NCBI GenBank assembly: GCA_963734495.1 | Contig: CAVTHK010000011.1 | Location: 512,001-576,000 of the forward strand | DNA length: 64,000 bases | Reading direction: 5' to 3' | Source of the DNA: an uncultured Spirochaetota bacterium | GTDB lineage: Bacteria > Spirochaetota > Spirochaetia > SZUA-6 > CAVTHK01 | Part shown: positions 18,716 to 29,212 of the stretch, one piece after another | Numbering within the stretch: the stretch's first letter is position 1 | Layout: each line of letters opens with the position of its first letter | Position numbers and translations under genes: made by a program | Notes under the pieces: model-generated | Database searches by the model: none | Seen by the model: only the letters and a program-made list of their open reading frames with translations | Told to the model about the DNA's origin: nothing

Positions 18716-19750
18716 TCAGCCCGCGGGAAACGGGTTGCGCTCCCTGAAGTCGGCCTGGTGCCAGTAGGGGTAGACCTTCGGCACTTCGCTCGCCCGGTCG
18801 AGCCTGGCGATCTGCTCGGCCGTGAGCTCCCAGCCGACCGCGCCGATGTTGTCGCGCAGCTGCGCCTCGTTCCTCGCCCCGATGATGACCGTCGAGACGG
18901 TCGGCCTGTGCAGGAGCCAGTTGATCGCGATCTGCGGGACGCTCTTACCCGTCTCCGCGGCGACCTCGTCGAGGGCGTCGACGACGCGGTAGAGGTGCTC
19001 GTCGGCGATCTGCGGCCCGCCGGCAGCAGCGACCGCGCTCCGCAGGCGGCTCGTCCCGGGCAACGGCTGCCCGCGCCGGATCCTGCCGGTCAGCCGGCTC
19101 CAGCCCAGGGGACTCCAGACCACGCAGCCCACCCCCTGGTCCAGGCCCAGCGGCATCAGCTCCCACTCGTATTCGCGGCCGACCAGCGAGTAGTAGGCCT
19201 GGTGCGCGACGTAGCGCGCCCAGCCGTGCCGGTCGGAGACCGCGAGCGACTTCATCAGGTGCCAGCCGGAGAAGTTGGAGCAGCCGATGTAGCGGATCTT
19301 GCCGGCCGTGACCAGGTCGTCGAGCGTGCGCAGAGTCTCCTCGACGGGAGTGACCGCGTCGAAACCGTGGAGCTGGAACAGGTCGATGGTTTCGGTCCCG
19401 AGGCGGCGGAGGCTGTCCTCGACCGCCCGGACCAGGTGGAAGCGCGAAGAGCCCACGTCGTTGGGCCCGTCGCCGCGGCGGAAGGTAGCCTTGGTCGAGA
19501 TGAGGACCTTGTCCCGGCGTCCCTTGATCGCCTGTCCGAGGATCTGTTCGGCGCGGCCGTCGGAGTAGACGTCGGCCGAGTCGAACATGACGAGCCCCGC
19601 ATCGAGCGCGATATCCACGAGGCGGGTCGCGCCCGCCGCGTCCGTGTCGCCCCAGGCCTTGAAGAACTCGCTGCCGCCGCCGAAGGTGCCGGTGCCGAGG
19701 CTGAGGGCGGGCACCTTGAAACCGGACGAGCCGAGGCGCCTGTATTCCAC
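18716..19750 (-). CDS. Aldo/keto reductase (YajO/Tas-like)
   Basis: LGTGTFG, FDSADVYSDG, ISTK, GKIRYIGCSNF, WSPLG. Confidence 0.92.
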   Translation of the reverse strand: MEYRRLGSSGFKVPALSLGTGTFGGGSEFFKAWGDTDAAGATRLVDIALDAGLVMFDSADVYSDGRAEQILGQAIKGRRDKVLISTKATFRRGDGPNDVGSSRFHLVRAVEDSLRRLGTETIDLFQLHGFDAVTPVEETLRTLDDLVTAGKIRYIGCSNFSGWHLMKSLAVSDRHGWARYVAHQAYYSLVGREYEWELMPLGLDQGVGCVVWSPLGWSRLTGRIRRGQPLPGTSRLRSAVAAAGGPQIADEHLYRVVDALDEVAAETGKSVPQIAINWLLHRPTVSTVIIGARNEAQLRDNIGAVGWELTAEQIARLDRASEVPKVYPYWHQADFRERNPFPAG

Positions 19751-19883
19751 GCTGCATCCTCCCGCCCTGCCGGGCCGCGGGTCGCCGCCAGGGGCGCGCC
19801 CAAGCTACCGACTTGCCCGGTCGGCGGTCAAGGGAAAGGAACCATTTGATGCGACGCACCGACCGCCGGTAGGATACAGGCTG

Positions 19884-22124
19884 ATGAAGGCCCGCCGGCG
19901 ACGACTCCCGATCCTCGCTCTGCTGCTCGGGGCGCTGGCCGCTCCGCGCCTGACGGCCCAGGACGGGGGAGCGCAGCAAGCTCCCGGCCGCGCGCGGCCC
20001 CGTATCGCGCTCGTGCTTTCGGGCGGCGGCGCCAGGGGCATCGCGCACGTCGGCGTGCTCGAGGTGCTCGAGGAGCTGCGCATACCGATCGACTTCATAG
20101 TGGGCACGAGCATGGGCGCCATCGTGGGCGGCCTGTACGCCTGCGGCTGGTCGCCGCAGGCCATCGAGCGGCTGCTCGCGGCCACCGACTGGGACGCGCT
20201 GTTCGACGACCAGCCGCCGCGACGCGAGGTGTCGCTTCGCCAGCGGGAGGGGCAGGGCCGGTTCGCCAGGGTCGAGCTCGGGATCAAGAACGGCGCCGTG
20301 GCCTCTGCGCGCGGCCTCATCGCGGGGCAGGACCTCGGCTTCCTGCTCGAGACGCTCACCATGAACGCGGTCACGGCCAAGACGTTCGACGACCTTGCCA
20401 TCCCGTTCCGCGCCGTCGCCGCCGACGTGCGCTCGGGCAGCCGCGTGGTGCTCGATCGGGGCAACCTCGCCGACGCCCTTCGCGCGAGCATGGCGGTTCC
20501 CGGGGCCTTCGTGCCCGTGGAGCGCGACGACATGGTCCTTGTCGACGGGGGGATCCTCGACAACATGCCCGTGGACGTCGCGCTCGCCACGGGGGCGCAG
20601 ACCGTGATCGCCGTGGCTCTCCCCGCGGATGCATCGGCAGGAGAGCGAGCCGCGTTCGCTCATAGGCCTCGCGCTGAAGGTCGCGGAGACGGTGACCGCG
20701 GACAACGTGCGGCGCCAGCGCGAGATGCTGCGCGAGGGCGACGAGATCGTCACGGTCGACACCAGACCGTATTCCATGACCGATTTTGCCGAGAGCCTCC
20801 CCATCGTCCGCCGCGGCCGGGAGGCCGCGAGGGCCGCGGCGGGATCGCTCAAGCGGCTTTCGGTGGACGAAGCCTCCTACGCCGCCTTTCTGGCGCGGCA
20901 GCGGCGCGAGCCCGACGATCCGGGCTCGATCGACTTTGTCCGCGTCGAGATCGACGGGTCGGTGGCGCCGGAGCGGGTGGCCGCCCTCATGAAGACGCGC
21001 GGCGGCAACCGCCTGGACCTGCGGACGCTCGAGCAGGACATCGACCGCATCTACGCGATCGGCCTGTTCCAGACTGTGGGCTTCCGGCTCGTCGACGAGC
21101 CGGCGGGCAGGGGCCTGGTGATCAGGGCGAAGGAGAAGCCGTACGGCCCTCGCTACCTGCGGTTCGCCCTCAACGCCAGCGACGACTTCCAGGGCGGCAC
21201 CGCCTACACGGTGAGCGCGGAGTACTCGGTGACCGACCTCGACCGCCTCGGCGGTGAATGGACGACGGAGGCTTTCGCGGGACGGACCCTCGGCCTCTCG
21301 ACCACTCTGCACCAGCCGCTCGACTACGCGGCGCGCCTCTACCTCGAGTCGGGCCTCCGGGTGGGGCAGACGATCTCCGACTTCTACGACCAAGGGCGGC
21401 GCGAGGCCCAGTACCGCGTGACTTCCGCGGCGGCGACCTCGCGGCGGGCGTGCGTCTCGGGCCGTCGCTGGAGGTCTGGACGGGTCTCTCGGGGACGCGG
21501 GAGAGCGCAGGCGCCGCGATCGGAGACGTGGAATCGTCGAAGTTCGAGGCCACGATCGTCGGATGGGAGAGCGGGTTCGCCTGGGACCGGCTGGAGGGGT
21601 TCGATCTGCTCAAGGGAGGGTTCGGGCTCTCCTCGACTGCTTTCGTCAGCCGGCGGGCGCTGGGCTCGGACGACGACTACGAGCTGCTCGATGCCTCCGC
21701 CGCTGCGGCTCACACCATGGGCCGGCACACGGTGCAGGGCTGGGTTCGAGGCCGGGACGAGCCTCGGGGGCGACCGCATACCGTGGACGAGCCGGTTCAC
21801 TCTCGGCGGGCTGCAGCGCCTGGCAGGGTACAGGCCCGGGCAGATCTCGGGCCTCCACTACGGCTTCGCTTCGCTCGGCTACCTCTTCCGCGTGGCGCCC
21901 GCGCTCGATACCGCCCGGTTCGGCTTCCATCTCGGCATCGCCGCCGAAGCCGGGAGGAGTGTGGGAGAGGCCGGAGGACATCGGCCTGGAGAGCGTCCGG
22001 CCGGGCGGGACGCTCATGGCGGCTCTTTGTCACGCCGCTCGGTCCCCTCTACCTCGCCTACGGCTACGCCAGCGGCGGGAGCCCGTACGGCAACGTCTAT
22101 CTCGTTCTCGGCCAGATCCAGTGA
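19884..22124 (+). pseudogene. Patatin-POTRA-beta-barrel protein (PlpD / type Vd autotransporter-like), split by several frameshifts (probably sequencing errors)
   Basis: Signal peptide, LSGGGARG, GTSMG, VDGG, POTRA-like LEQDIDRIYAIGLFQTV, C-terminal TPLGPLYLAYG...YLVLGQ. Frame changes near 20630, 21435, 21745, 21955 and 22025. Confidence 0.8.
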
Positions 22125-22256
22125 CGCCGGCTCGCGTCTCCCGCCGCCCGCGGCCGGACAGCACGGGCGCCGTTCGGTTTGACGCCTGCCGCACCGGCCG
22201 CTCTACACTTTCGGGTGCGAGCGGCGGCGCAGGCCCGCCGCATCGGGGAGGACACG

Positions 22257-24116
22257 ATGAGACGAGCCGTCGCGTGCGCTCTGGCGGTGCTCTCCTGGCG
22301 TCGGTCGCCGGCGCGCAGCGCAGGACCAGGGGTCTCGAGGTCAAGGTCCGCGAGCTGGGCGGCGAGTACGCCGCGGTGGGCAGGCAGTACGTCGTGCTCA
22401 TCGGGATCGACCGGTACCGAGAGCTGGCCGGCGCTGAGGAACCCCGTCAAGGACGCGCGCCAGATCAAGGAGATCCTCGACCGCAGGTACTACGTCGACC
22501 AGTTCATCGAGCTGTACGACGGCGACGCCAGCAAAGCCGCCGTCATCCGGCTGTTCGGCAGCCTGATCGAGACGACCAGGCCCGAAGACTCGGTTCTGGT
22601 CTTCTACTCGGGCCACGGCTTCCTCGATCCGCTGTCCAACACGGGGTTCTGGATCCCGGTCGACGGCGGCGTCGACCGCTACGCGCAGGAGAACTGGATC
22701 CCCAACGCGCAGCTCCGCGGGTTCATCGGCCGCATGAAGGCGCGCCACGTCGCGCTCGTGGCCGACTCCTGCTTCTCCGGCGACATCCTCGACCCGACCA
22801 GGGGCGCGGCGCCCGGACATCGTCGGCGACTACTTCCGCAACGCGTACAAGCGGGTCTCCCGCCAGGTGCTGACCTCCGGGGCTTCGGAGGCCGTGCCCG
22901 ACTCCTCGCCCTTCGCGCTCCAGTTGCGGCTCGCGCTCGAGGGAAACCGCCGGCCCTACCTCGATCCGCTGATGCTCTACGACGAGATCCGCCTCGGCGT
23001 CACGGGGACCACTCCGCTCTTCGGGTCGCTCAAGGAGGCCGGACACCAGGAGGGCGGCAGCTTCCTGCTGTTTCTCAAGGACGCGGCGGCGCCCGATCCG
23101 CGCCGCGGGCGCGGGCCCCGCGGCCGGGACCGACCGTGACCGTGCGCAAGGCGTACGGCAGCATCGAGGTGGAGGCGCAGGACCGCCGGCGACCTCTACC
23201 TGGACGGCGCGCTGCAGGTGAGCGTCCCCGCGCGGGGCAGCGCGCGCATCGACAATGTCGAGGCCGGGCCCCACGCCGTCGGGATGCGCTACGACGACTC
23301 GCAGAGCGAGACGCGCCGCGTGTCGGTGCAGAAGGACGGCACGGTCGTCGGTGGCGTTCGTCCTACGTCCCGCAGGTTCTCGACATGGTGTACGTCGAAG
23401 GCGGCTCCTTCCTGATGGGCGACGCGTCCAAGGACGCGGACGACGACGAGAAGCCCGTGCACCAGGTGACGCGTCGGCGGCTTCTACCTCTCGAGGCACG
23501 AGGTGACGTTCGCGCAGTACGACCGGTTCTGCGACGAGACGGGACGCGACGCCGCCGGGCGACGAGGGCTGGGGCCGGGAGACGAGGCCCGTCGTCAATG
23601 TGTCGTGGCTCGACGCGGCGGAGTTCTGCAACTGGCTTTCGGAGAACGAAGGGCTCACGCCGTTCTATTCGATCTCGGGCGGCTCCGTGACGTGGACGAC
23701 GCCGCGGACGGGTACCGGCTGCCCACCGAAGCCGAGTGGGAGTACGCGGCGGGCGGGGGCGACCGAGAACGGCGGGACGAAGTACGCGGGGGCCGAAGAG
23801 CTCGACGACGTGGCCTGGCACAAGGACAACGCCGGGGAGCATGACGCATCCCGTGGGCGAGAAGGACGCGAACGAGCTCGGCCTCTTCGACATGAGCGGC
23901 AACGTCTGGGAGTGGTGCCACGACTGGTACGGGCCATACTCTGGCCGACGCGCAGGAAGACCCGCAGGGACCCGAGAGCGGCAGCGACCGCGTCGTGCGC
24001 GGCGGCTCGTGGTACAGCGAGCGCGCGCGAGGTGCGGCTGTCGTACCGCGCGCAGCTTCGGCCCGGCCGACCACGACAACGACCTCGGCTTCCGCCCCGC
24101 GCGGCCCGACCGGTAG
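22257..24116 (+). pseudogene. Secreted caspase-like (peptidase C14)-PEGA-FGE/SUMF1 domain protein, multiply frameshifted
   Basis: Pieces in different frames: [81 protein letters not shown]. Confidence 0.8.
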
Positions 24117-24147
24117 GCGGGCGCAGGCCGCGGCGCGGCGGCCTTCT

Positions 24148-25191
24148 TCACCTTATGATCGTATAGCTGAAGGTCGCCTCGGCGACCTCGGTATCGTTCG
24201 CCGTCGCGGCGAGACCCCGGGTCACCATCGCCGCGGTCACCACGCCCATGTCCTGGAACGCTTCCTCGATGTCCGTGAACTGCGTGGTCGACGCGACGAC
24301 CTTGATGAACTCGGTGCCGTGCGGAGGGCCGAGCTCGAAGACGAAAGGGTACGATTCGTCGGGGATGTGGTACGTGCGGCCGCCCTGGACCGCGTTGTCG
24401 CGGTGGTACGGATTCGGGAAGATGAGCCGCGTCATCTTCTGGACGTCCACGTGGTAGATCTTGATGAAGCCGTCGCGGTTCGCGCGGAAGCTCACGACGA
24501 GGTTCTCGCCGTCGCGGTAGGTGCCGCCGTCGCCGCGCACGTTCCACGCCTCGACCGCGAACGCGCCGCCGGCCGGCGCCGCACCGGACGCCGCTGCGCC
24601 GGAAGACCGCTGCGCGGCCGCCAGCTGGTCCCGCACGTAGCGCGCGTCGTCGTAGTTGTCGGGCAGGATCGACACGCCCGCGGGGATCGCCGCCTTCGGC
24701 ACGACGGCCTCGGCCCGCGCCATCACCGTGCCCTTCTCCACGCTCAGCAGCTCGAAGAAGACCCTCACGCCCGAGCCCGCTTCGAAGAACGTGCCCGAGA
24801 GCAGGGCCTGGACGCCCTTGATCCTGCCGGCCGGCACGGCGGTCTTCTGGTCCACCATGTCGGAGAGGCTGAGCTCCTGCGCGGCGAGCACCTGGTCCAG
24901 CCTCGCCCGCGAGAAGAGCTCGAAGCGCCCCTGCCGCATCAGGACCGTCGAAAACGCCTCTTCGAGGTAGCGGGAAAAGGCGGAGCCCGCCTTGAGGTCG
25001 GCGAACGTGAAGGTGCCAAAGGCGAGCACGAGCGGATCGGACGTCGCGGCCGCGAGCCTGTCGGCGGCCGGCGCGAGGTATGGCTCGATGTCCGCCTGCG
25101 CGAGCGCGGGGCCCGCGCAGGCGACGAGCAGGGCCAGCAACAGCGCCATCGGCCGAGGCCGGATCACGGGCAGACACTTCATCGAGCGCAC
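24148..25191 (-). CDS. Secreted protein with CsgG/FlgO-like N-domain and DUF4384-like C-domain
   Basis: Signal peptide; [17 protein letters not shown] (CsgG-like); YRDGENL...[13 protein letters not shown]...LIFPN...[13 protein letters not shown]. Confidence 0.7.
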   Translation of the reverse strand: MRSMKCLPVIRPRPMALLLALLVACAGPALAQADIEPYLAPAADRLAAATSDPLVLAFGTFTFADLKAGSAFSRYLEEAFSTVLMRQGRFELFSRARLDQVLAAQELSLSDMVDQKTAVPAGRIKGVQALLSGTFFEAGSGVRVFFELLSVEKGTVMARAEAVVPKAAIPAGVSILPDNYDDARYVRDQLAAAQRSSGAAASGAAPAGGAFAVEAWNVRGDGGTYRDGENLVVSFRANRDGFIKIYHVDVQKMTRLIFPNPYHRDNAVQGGRTYHIPDESYPFVFELGPPHGTEFIKVVASTTQFTDIEEAFQDMGVVTAAMVTRGLAATANDTEVAEATFSYTIIR

Positions 25192-25206
25192 CTCATGGGA
25201 TCCACT

Positions 25207-26919
25207 CTACATCATGCGGAACATCTGGGACATCGTGCGCCCCATGATGCGGTTGGCCAGCGAGATGGCGCCCAGCACGAGGACGATCAGGATCGTGCCC
25301 AGGGCATAGGCGGGCCCGATCGTCGCCGAGAACAGGTACTCCATGATCGCCACGGTGATCGTCTTCCAGCGGGCCGAGTAGAGCATCACCGTCGTCGAGA
25401 GCTCGCCCATCAGCGTGGAGAAGGAGATGACGGCGCCGGCGAGGATCCCGGGAAGCATCAGCGGCAGCGTGACCCTGCGGAAGGTCGTCCCCCAGGGCGC
25501 GCCCGCGATCGTCGACGCCTCCTCGATGGCGGCGTCCATCTGCGCGAGCGAGGCCGTGGTCGAGCGGAAGACGTACGGCATGCGGCGGATGAAGTAGCCG
25601 ACCACGAGGATGAGCCACGTGCCGCTGAGCACGAGCAGGCCCGAGGAGAAGCCGGTGAGGATCGCCACGCCCACGATGATGCCTGGCAGGATGAAGGGCA
25701 GCATCACCGTGAGGTCCAGAACCCAGCGCGCCCGCATGCCGCGGCGCGAGCTGATGTAGGAGAGCAGGGTGCCCACCACCGAGGCCGCCACCGTCGCGAC
25801 CGTGGCCAGCAGCAGGCTGTTCGCAAGCGGCTGCCGCGCGATCTCGAAGATGCGCGAGTAGTTCTGCAGGGAGAAGCGCTTGGGAAAGCGTGTTCCCGAC
25901 CAGCCCTCGGTGAAAGACGTGAAGATCACGGTGATGTGGGGCAGCAGCGAGAGCAGGACGACGAGGGCGCAGAACGCGAACCCCGCTCCCTTCAGCAGCG
26001 GGCTCGGAGACTCGCGGGCGGCCTGCGTGCGGCTGCTGATCGTCACGTAGGATCGGGCCGCGGTCACCCGCTGCGAGAGGATGATGGCGACCGCCACCAT
26101 GGCGACGTTCACGAGCGAGATGGCGGCCGCGGCGTTGAGGTTGAAGTAGCCCGTGACCTGGAAGTAGATCAGGGTCGGGAGCACGTAGTAGTTGCCGCCT
26201 AACAGCGCGGGCACGCCGAAGTTGCCTACGGCGCGGATGAACACGGTGAGCGCCGCGGTCACGATCGCGGGGAGCACCAGGGGCAGGGTCAGGGTGCGCA
26301 CGATCCGCAGGCGCGGGGCGCCCATGATCTCCGCGCTCTCCTCCAGCGAGGGGTCCGCGGAGAGGAGCGCCCCGTAGGTCAGCAGGAACGGGAAGGGGTA
26401 GTAGCTCAGGCTCATCGCGATGATGACGCCCGGCGCCCCGTAGATGTCGGGGAACGTGATTCCCGCGAGCTGATTCACGAGCCAGGTGAGCATCCCGCGC
26501 CGGCCGAAGAGCAGCACCCACGAGTAGGCCCCGATGAACGGCGGCAGGATCAGCGGCAGCGTCCCGAGGCTCAGGAACAGGGTCTTGGCGGGCATCTCCG
26601 TCTTCGCGAGGAACCAGGCCATCGGGACGCCCAGCAGGCAGGAGAAGACCACCGTCAGCAGCCCGACGACCATCGTGTTGCGCAGCGCGCCGCGGTACAG
26701 CTTCGACGAGGTGAACTCCGCGAAGTTCGCCAGCGTGAGGTTGGCCGCCGTGATCGCCTTGCCCTTCTCGACAAAGCTGGACGCGACGACCTTGGCGAGC
26801 GGGTAGACGATGAAAAGGACGAGGATCACGAGGCTCAGTCCCAGCACGACCACCTGGGACAGCTCGAGCTTGACGCGCCTGCGAGCGCGGATGTCCCTGC
26901 TCTCACGCTCTGCGGCCAT
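25207..26919 (-). CDS. Fe3+/thiamine-family ABC permease (FbpB-like, duplicated)
   Basis: Two EAA loops (LEESAEIMGA, IEEASTIAGA) and many TM helices. Confidence 0.9.
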   Translation of the reverse strand: MAAERESRDIRARRRVKLELSQVVVLGLSLVILVLFIVYPLAKVVASSFVEKGKAITAANLTLANFAEFTSSKLYRGALRNTMVVGLLTVVFSCLLGVPMAWFLAKTEMPAKTLFLSLGTLPLILPPFIGAYSWVLLFGRRGMLTWLVNQLAGITFPDIYGAPGVIIAMSLSYYPFPFLLTYGALLSADPSLEESAEIMGAPRLRIVRTLTLPLVLPAIVTAALTVFIRAVGNFGVPALLGGNYYVLPTLIYFQVTGYFNLNAAAAISLVNVAMVAVAIILSQRVTAARSYVTISSRTQAARESPSPLLKGAGFAFCALVVLLSLLPHITVIFTSFTEGWSGTRFPKRFSLQNYSRIFEIARQPLANSLLLATVATVAASVVGTLLSYISSRRGMRARWVLDLTVMLPFILPGIIVGVAILTGFSSGLLVLSGTWLILVVGYFIRRMPYVFRSTTASLAQMDAAIEEASTIAGAPWGTTFRRVTLPLMLPGILAGAVISFSTLMGELSTTVMLYSARWKTITVAIMEYLFSATIGPAYALGTILIVLVLGAISLANRIMGRTMSQMFRMM

Positions 26920-26928
26920 CGAAGCTTC

Positions 26929-28104
26929 CTATTCCCGGGCGAGCTGGTCGCGCTGCTCCGGTGGGAAGAGCCTCACGCTCTCCCACTGGAAGCCGACGGC
27001 GACCTCCGACCCCTCGCGAACGCCGGGGATGCGGCGCTTTTCGTCCACGAGGATTTCCCTGGCGGAGTCCGCGGCGAAAACCTCCACGAAGTAGCGCACC
27101 TGGGTGCCGAGGTAGAGGATCGTGCGCACGCGACCCCGCAGGCCCTGCGCGCCTGGGGGCCCCTGCACGTCCGCCCGCGCGGGCCCTTCGATGTGGAGGT
27201 GCTCGGGCCTCACGAACAGGATCGCCTCGCCCTCCGCGGGATTCGCGAGCCGCGCCGGCTCCGCCAGCGGGACCCCGGCGCGCAGGGGAGTCTCCTCCCC
27301 CGAAGGGAAGCGCAGCCGGGCGGCCCCCTCCGGCCGCAGGACCCGGCACGGCAGGAAGTTCGCCTGGCCGATAAAGTCGGCCACCCGCACGCTGTCCGGG
27401 TTCTCGTAGATCTCGTCGGGCATGCCGATCTGGCTCACCCGGCCCGCGTGCATCACCGCGATCCGGTCGGAGATCGAGAGCGCCTCCTCCTGGTCGTGGG
27501 TCACGTAGATCGCGGTCACCCGGGCCTGCTGCTGGATGCGGCGGATCTCCTCGCGCATGTAGATGCGCAGCTTCGCGTCGAGGTTGCTCAGCGGCTCGTC
27601 CAGGAGCAGCAGCTTCGGATCGTAGACCAGGGCGCGGGCCAGCGCGATGCGCTGCTGCTGGCCGCCGGAGAGCTCGCCCGGCTTGCGTCGGGCGGTGCTC
27701 TCCAGGCCCACGAGGGCGAGCAGCTCGCCGACCTTGCGGCGGATCTCTCCCTGCGGCCTGCGGCGCGCCTTGAGGCCGTACGCCACGTTCTCGAACACCG
27801 ACAGGTGGGGGAACAGAGCGTAGCTTTGAAAAACCATGCCGATGCCGCGCCGGAACGGCGGGACCGAGGTGAAGTCCTGCCCCTGGAACTCGATGTGGCC
27901 GCTCGTCGGCCTCTCGAACCCGGCGATGCAGCGCAGCGTGGTGGTCTTTCCGCAGCCGCTCGGGCCGAGGAGGGTGAACAGCTCACCCTCCCGGACCTCG
28001 AGGGAGACGCCGGCCAGGGCCTGCACCTTCTCCTCCTTGGCACGGAAGGTCTTGTGCAGGTCCCGGATCGAGAGTGCGACGGCCTCGGTGCTTACCGCGC
28101 TCAT
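26929..28104 (-). CDS. ABC ATP-binding protein (FbpC/PotA-like, TOBE domain)
   Basis: GPSGCGKTT, LSGGQQQR, LLLDEPLSNLD. ATG overlaps the upstream stop. Confidence 0.92.
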   Translation of the reverse strand: MSAVSTEAVALSIRDLHKTFRAKEEKVQALAGVSLEVREGELFTLLGPSGCGKTTTLRCIAGFERPTSGHIEFQGQDFTSVPPFRRGIGMVFQSYALFPHLSVFENVAYGLKARRRPQGEIRRKVGELLALVGLESTARRKPGELSGGQQQRIALARALVYDPKLLLLDEPLSNLDAKLRIYMREEIRRIQQQARVTAIYVTHDQEEALSISDRIAVMHAGRVSQIGMPDEIYENPDSVRVADFIGQANFLPCRVLRPEGAARLRFPSGEETPLRAGVPLAEPARLANPAEGEAILFVRPEHLHIEGPARADVQGPPGAQGLRGRVRTILYLGTQVRYFVEVFAADSAREILVDEKRRIPGVREGSEVAVGFQWESVRLFPPEQRDQLARE

Positions 28105-29087
28105 TGCGCCGCGAAGATCTCGCCGAACTTCTTGAGATAGGCGTCGCGATTGGCCGAGGCCGCCGCGTCGTCGTAGGAGATGAACTTGATCTCGGAGCTG
28201 GGCTTGAGCCCCGGAGGGGGAGGCACGTCGGGCCTCGCCATCCTGCGGAAGTGAGGCGACCCCGAGATGATGCTCATCGCCTCCTTCGTCGTGAGGAAGT
28301 CCATCCACAGCTTCGCGTTCGCGGTGTTCGGGCCGCCCTTGATGATGCCCGAAGCGTCGAATCGCAGGCCCGTCCCGTCCGAAGGATAGATCGCCTCGAC
28401 GGGGTTGCCCTTGGCCTTCTCGGTAAAGACGTTGCCCTCGCCGGTGACGCCGACGGCGAACTCGCCGCGGCCGACCAGGCTGAAGGCCAGCGTCGAGCTC
28501 GGCACGAACGTCGCGAGCTTGCGCACCGCGTTGATGTGGTCCCAGCCGTAGAGGCCGACCATCTGGAACAGCTGCGCATACGCGGAGCCCGACAGCGCGG
28601 GGTTCGCGAACAGGAGCTTGCCGTTCCACTTCTTGTCGGCGAGGTCTTTCCAGCTCTTCGGCTCCTGGCCCGGCTTGACCAGCTCGGTGTTCACGATGAA
28701 GGCCTGGATGTTGTAGGAGAAGCCGTAGTACCTGTTGTCCCGGTCCTTGACCTCCGCGGGGAACGCGGCGTCTTCCCTGACCTTGTACGGGAGCAGCTGG
28801 TCCGCGATGACCTCGAGGTTTTCCTTGGCGATGGCCATGATGATGTCGCCCAGCGGCCTCTTCGCCTCGGCCTGGATGCGCGTGATCAGCTCGCCGGTGC
28901 CCGCGCGAATGAGCTCGACCTTGACGCCCGGTTGCCCGGCGCGGAAGGCCTTGGCGAGGTCCTCGTTCATCTCGGGCGAGCCGGCGCTGTAGACCACGAC
29001 GCTGCCGTCGCCGAACAGCAGCGAAGCCCCGCACAGGAAGAGCAAGCCGACTAACAAGGCGTGAACGACGCGACGGGAGTCTGTCAT
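28101..29087 (-). CDS. ABC substrate-binding protein (FbpA/AfuA-like)
   Basis: Signal peptide, VVVYSA, AGTGEL, ANPALSGSA, YPSDGT. Confidence 0.88.
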   Translation of the reverse strand: MTDSRRVVHALLVGLLFLCGASLLFGDGSVVVYSAGSPEMNEDLAKAFRAGQPGVKVELIRAGTGELITRIQAEAKRPLGDIIMAIAKENLEVIADQLLPYKVREDAAFPAEVKDRDNRYYGFSYNIQAFIVNTELVKPGQEPKSWKDLADKKWNGKLLFANPALSGSAYAQLFQMVGLYGWDHINAVRKLATFVPSSTLAFSLVGRGEFAVGVTGEGNVFTEKAKGNPVEAIYPSDGTGLRFDASGIIKGGPNTANAKLWMDFLTTKEAMSIISGSPHFRRMARPDVPPPPGLKPSSEIKFISYDDAAASANRDAYLKKFGEIFAAQ

Positions 29088-29121
29088 GGGTCACCTCCGC
29101 TTCTTTTTTTGGGCTGCCCCC

Positions 29122-29150
29122 ACTTTAGGGCCGTCCCCGCGCCAAGTCAA
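29122..29150 (-). promoter_or_regulatory. Sigma70-type promoter TTGACT-N17-TAAAGT
   Basis: Reverse-strand hexamers about 35 nt upstream of the SBP start. Confidence 0.55.
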
Positions 29151-29212
29151 CAAAGCCTTTCCCGCCGCCGCGGCGCCTGCTATTGTTCCTCGAAGTTGAA
29201 GGCTTCCCTCGC

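Noticed and set aside
23980-24116. FGE C-terminus as a diversity-generating retroelement variable region
   Set aside because: No reverse transcriptase or template-repeat copy was seen in the window.
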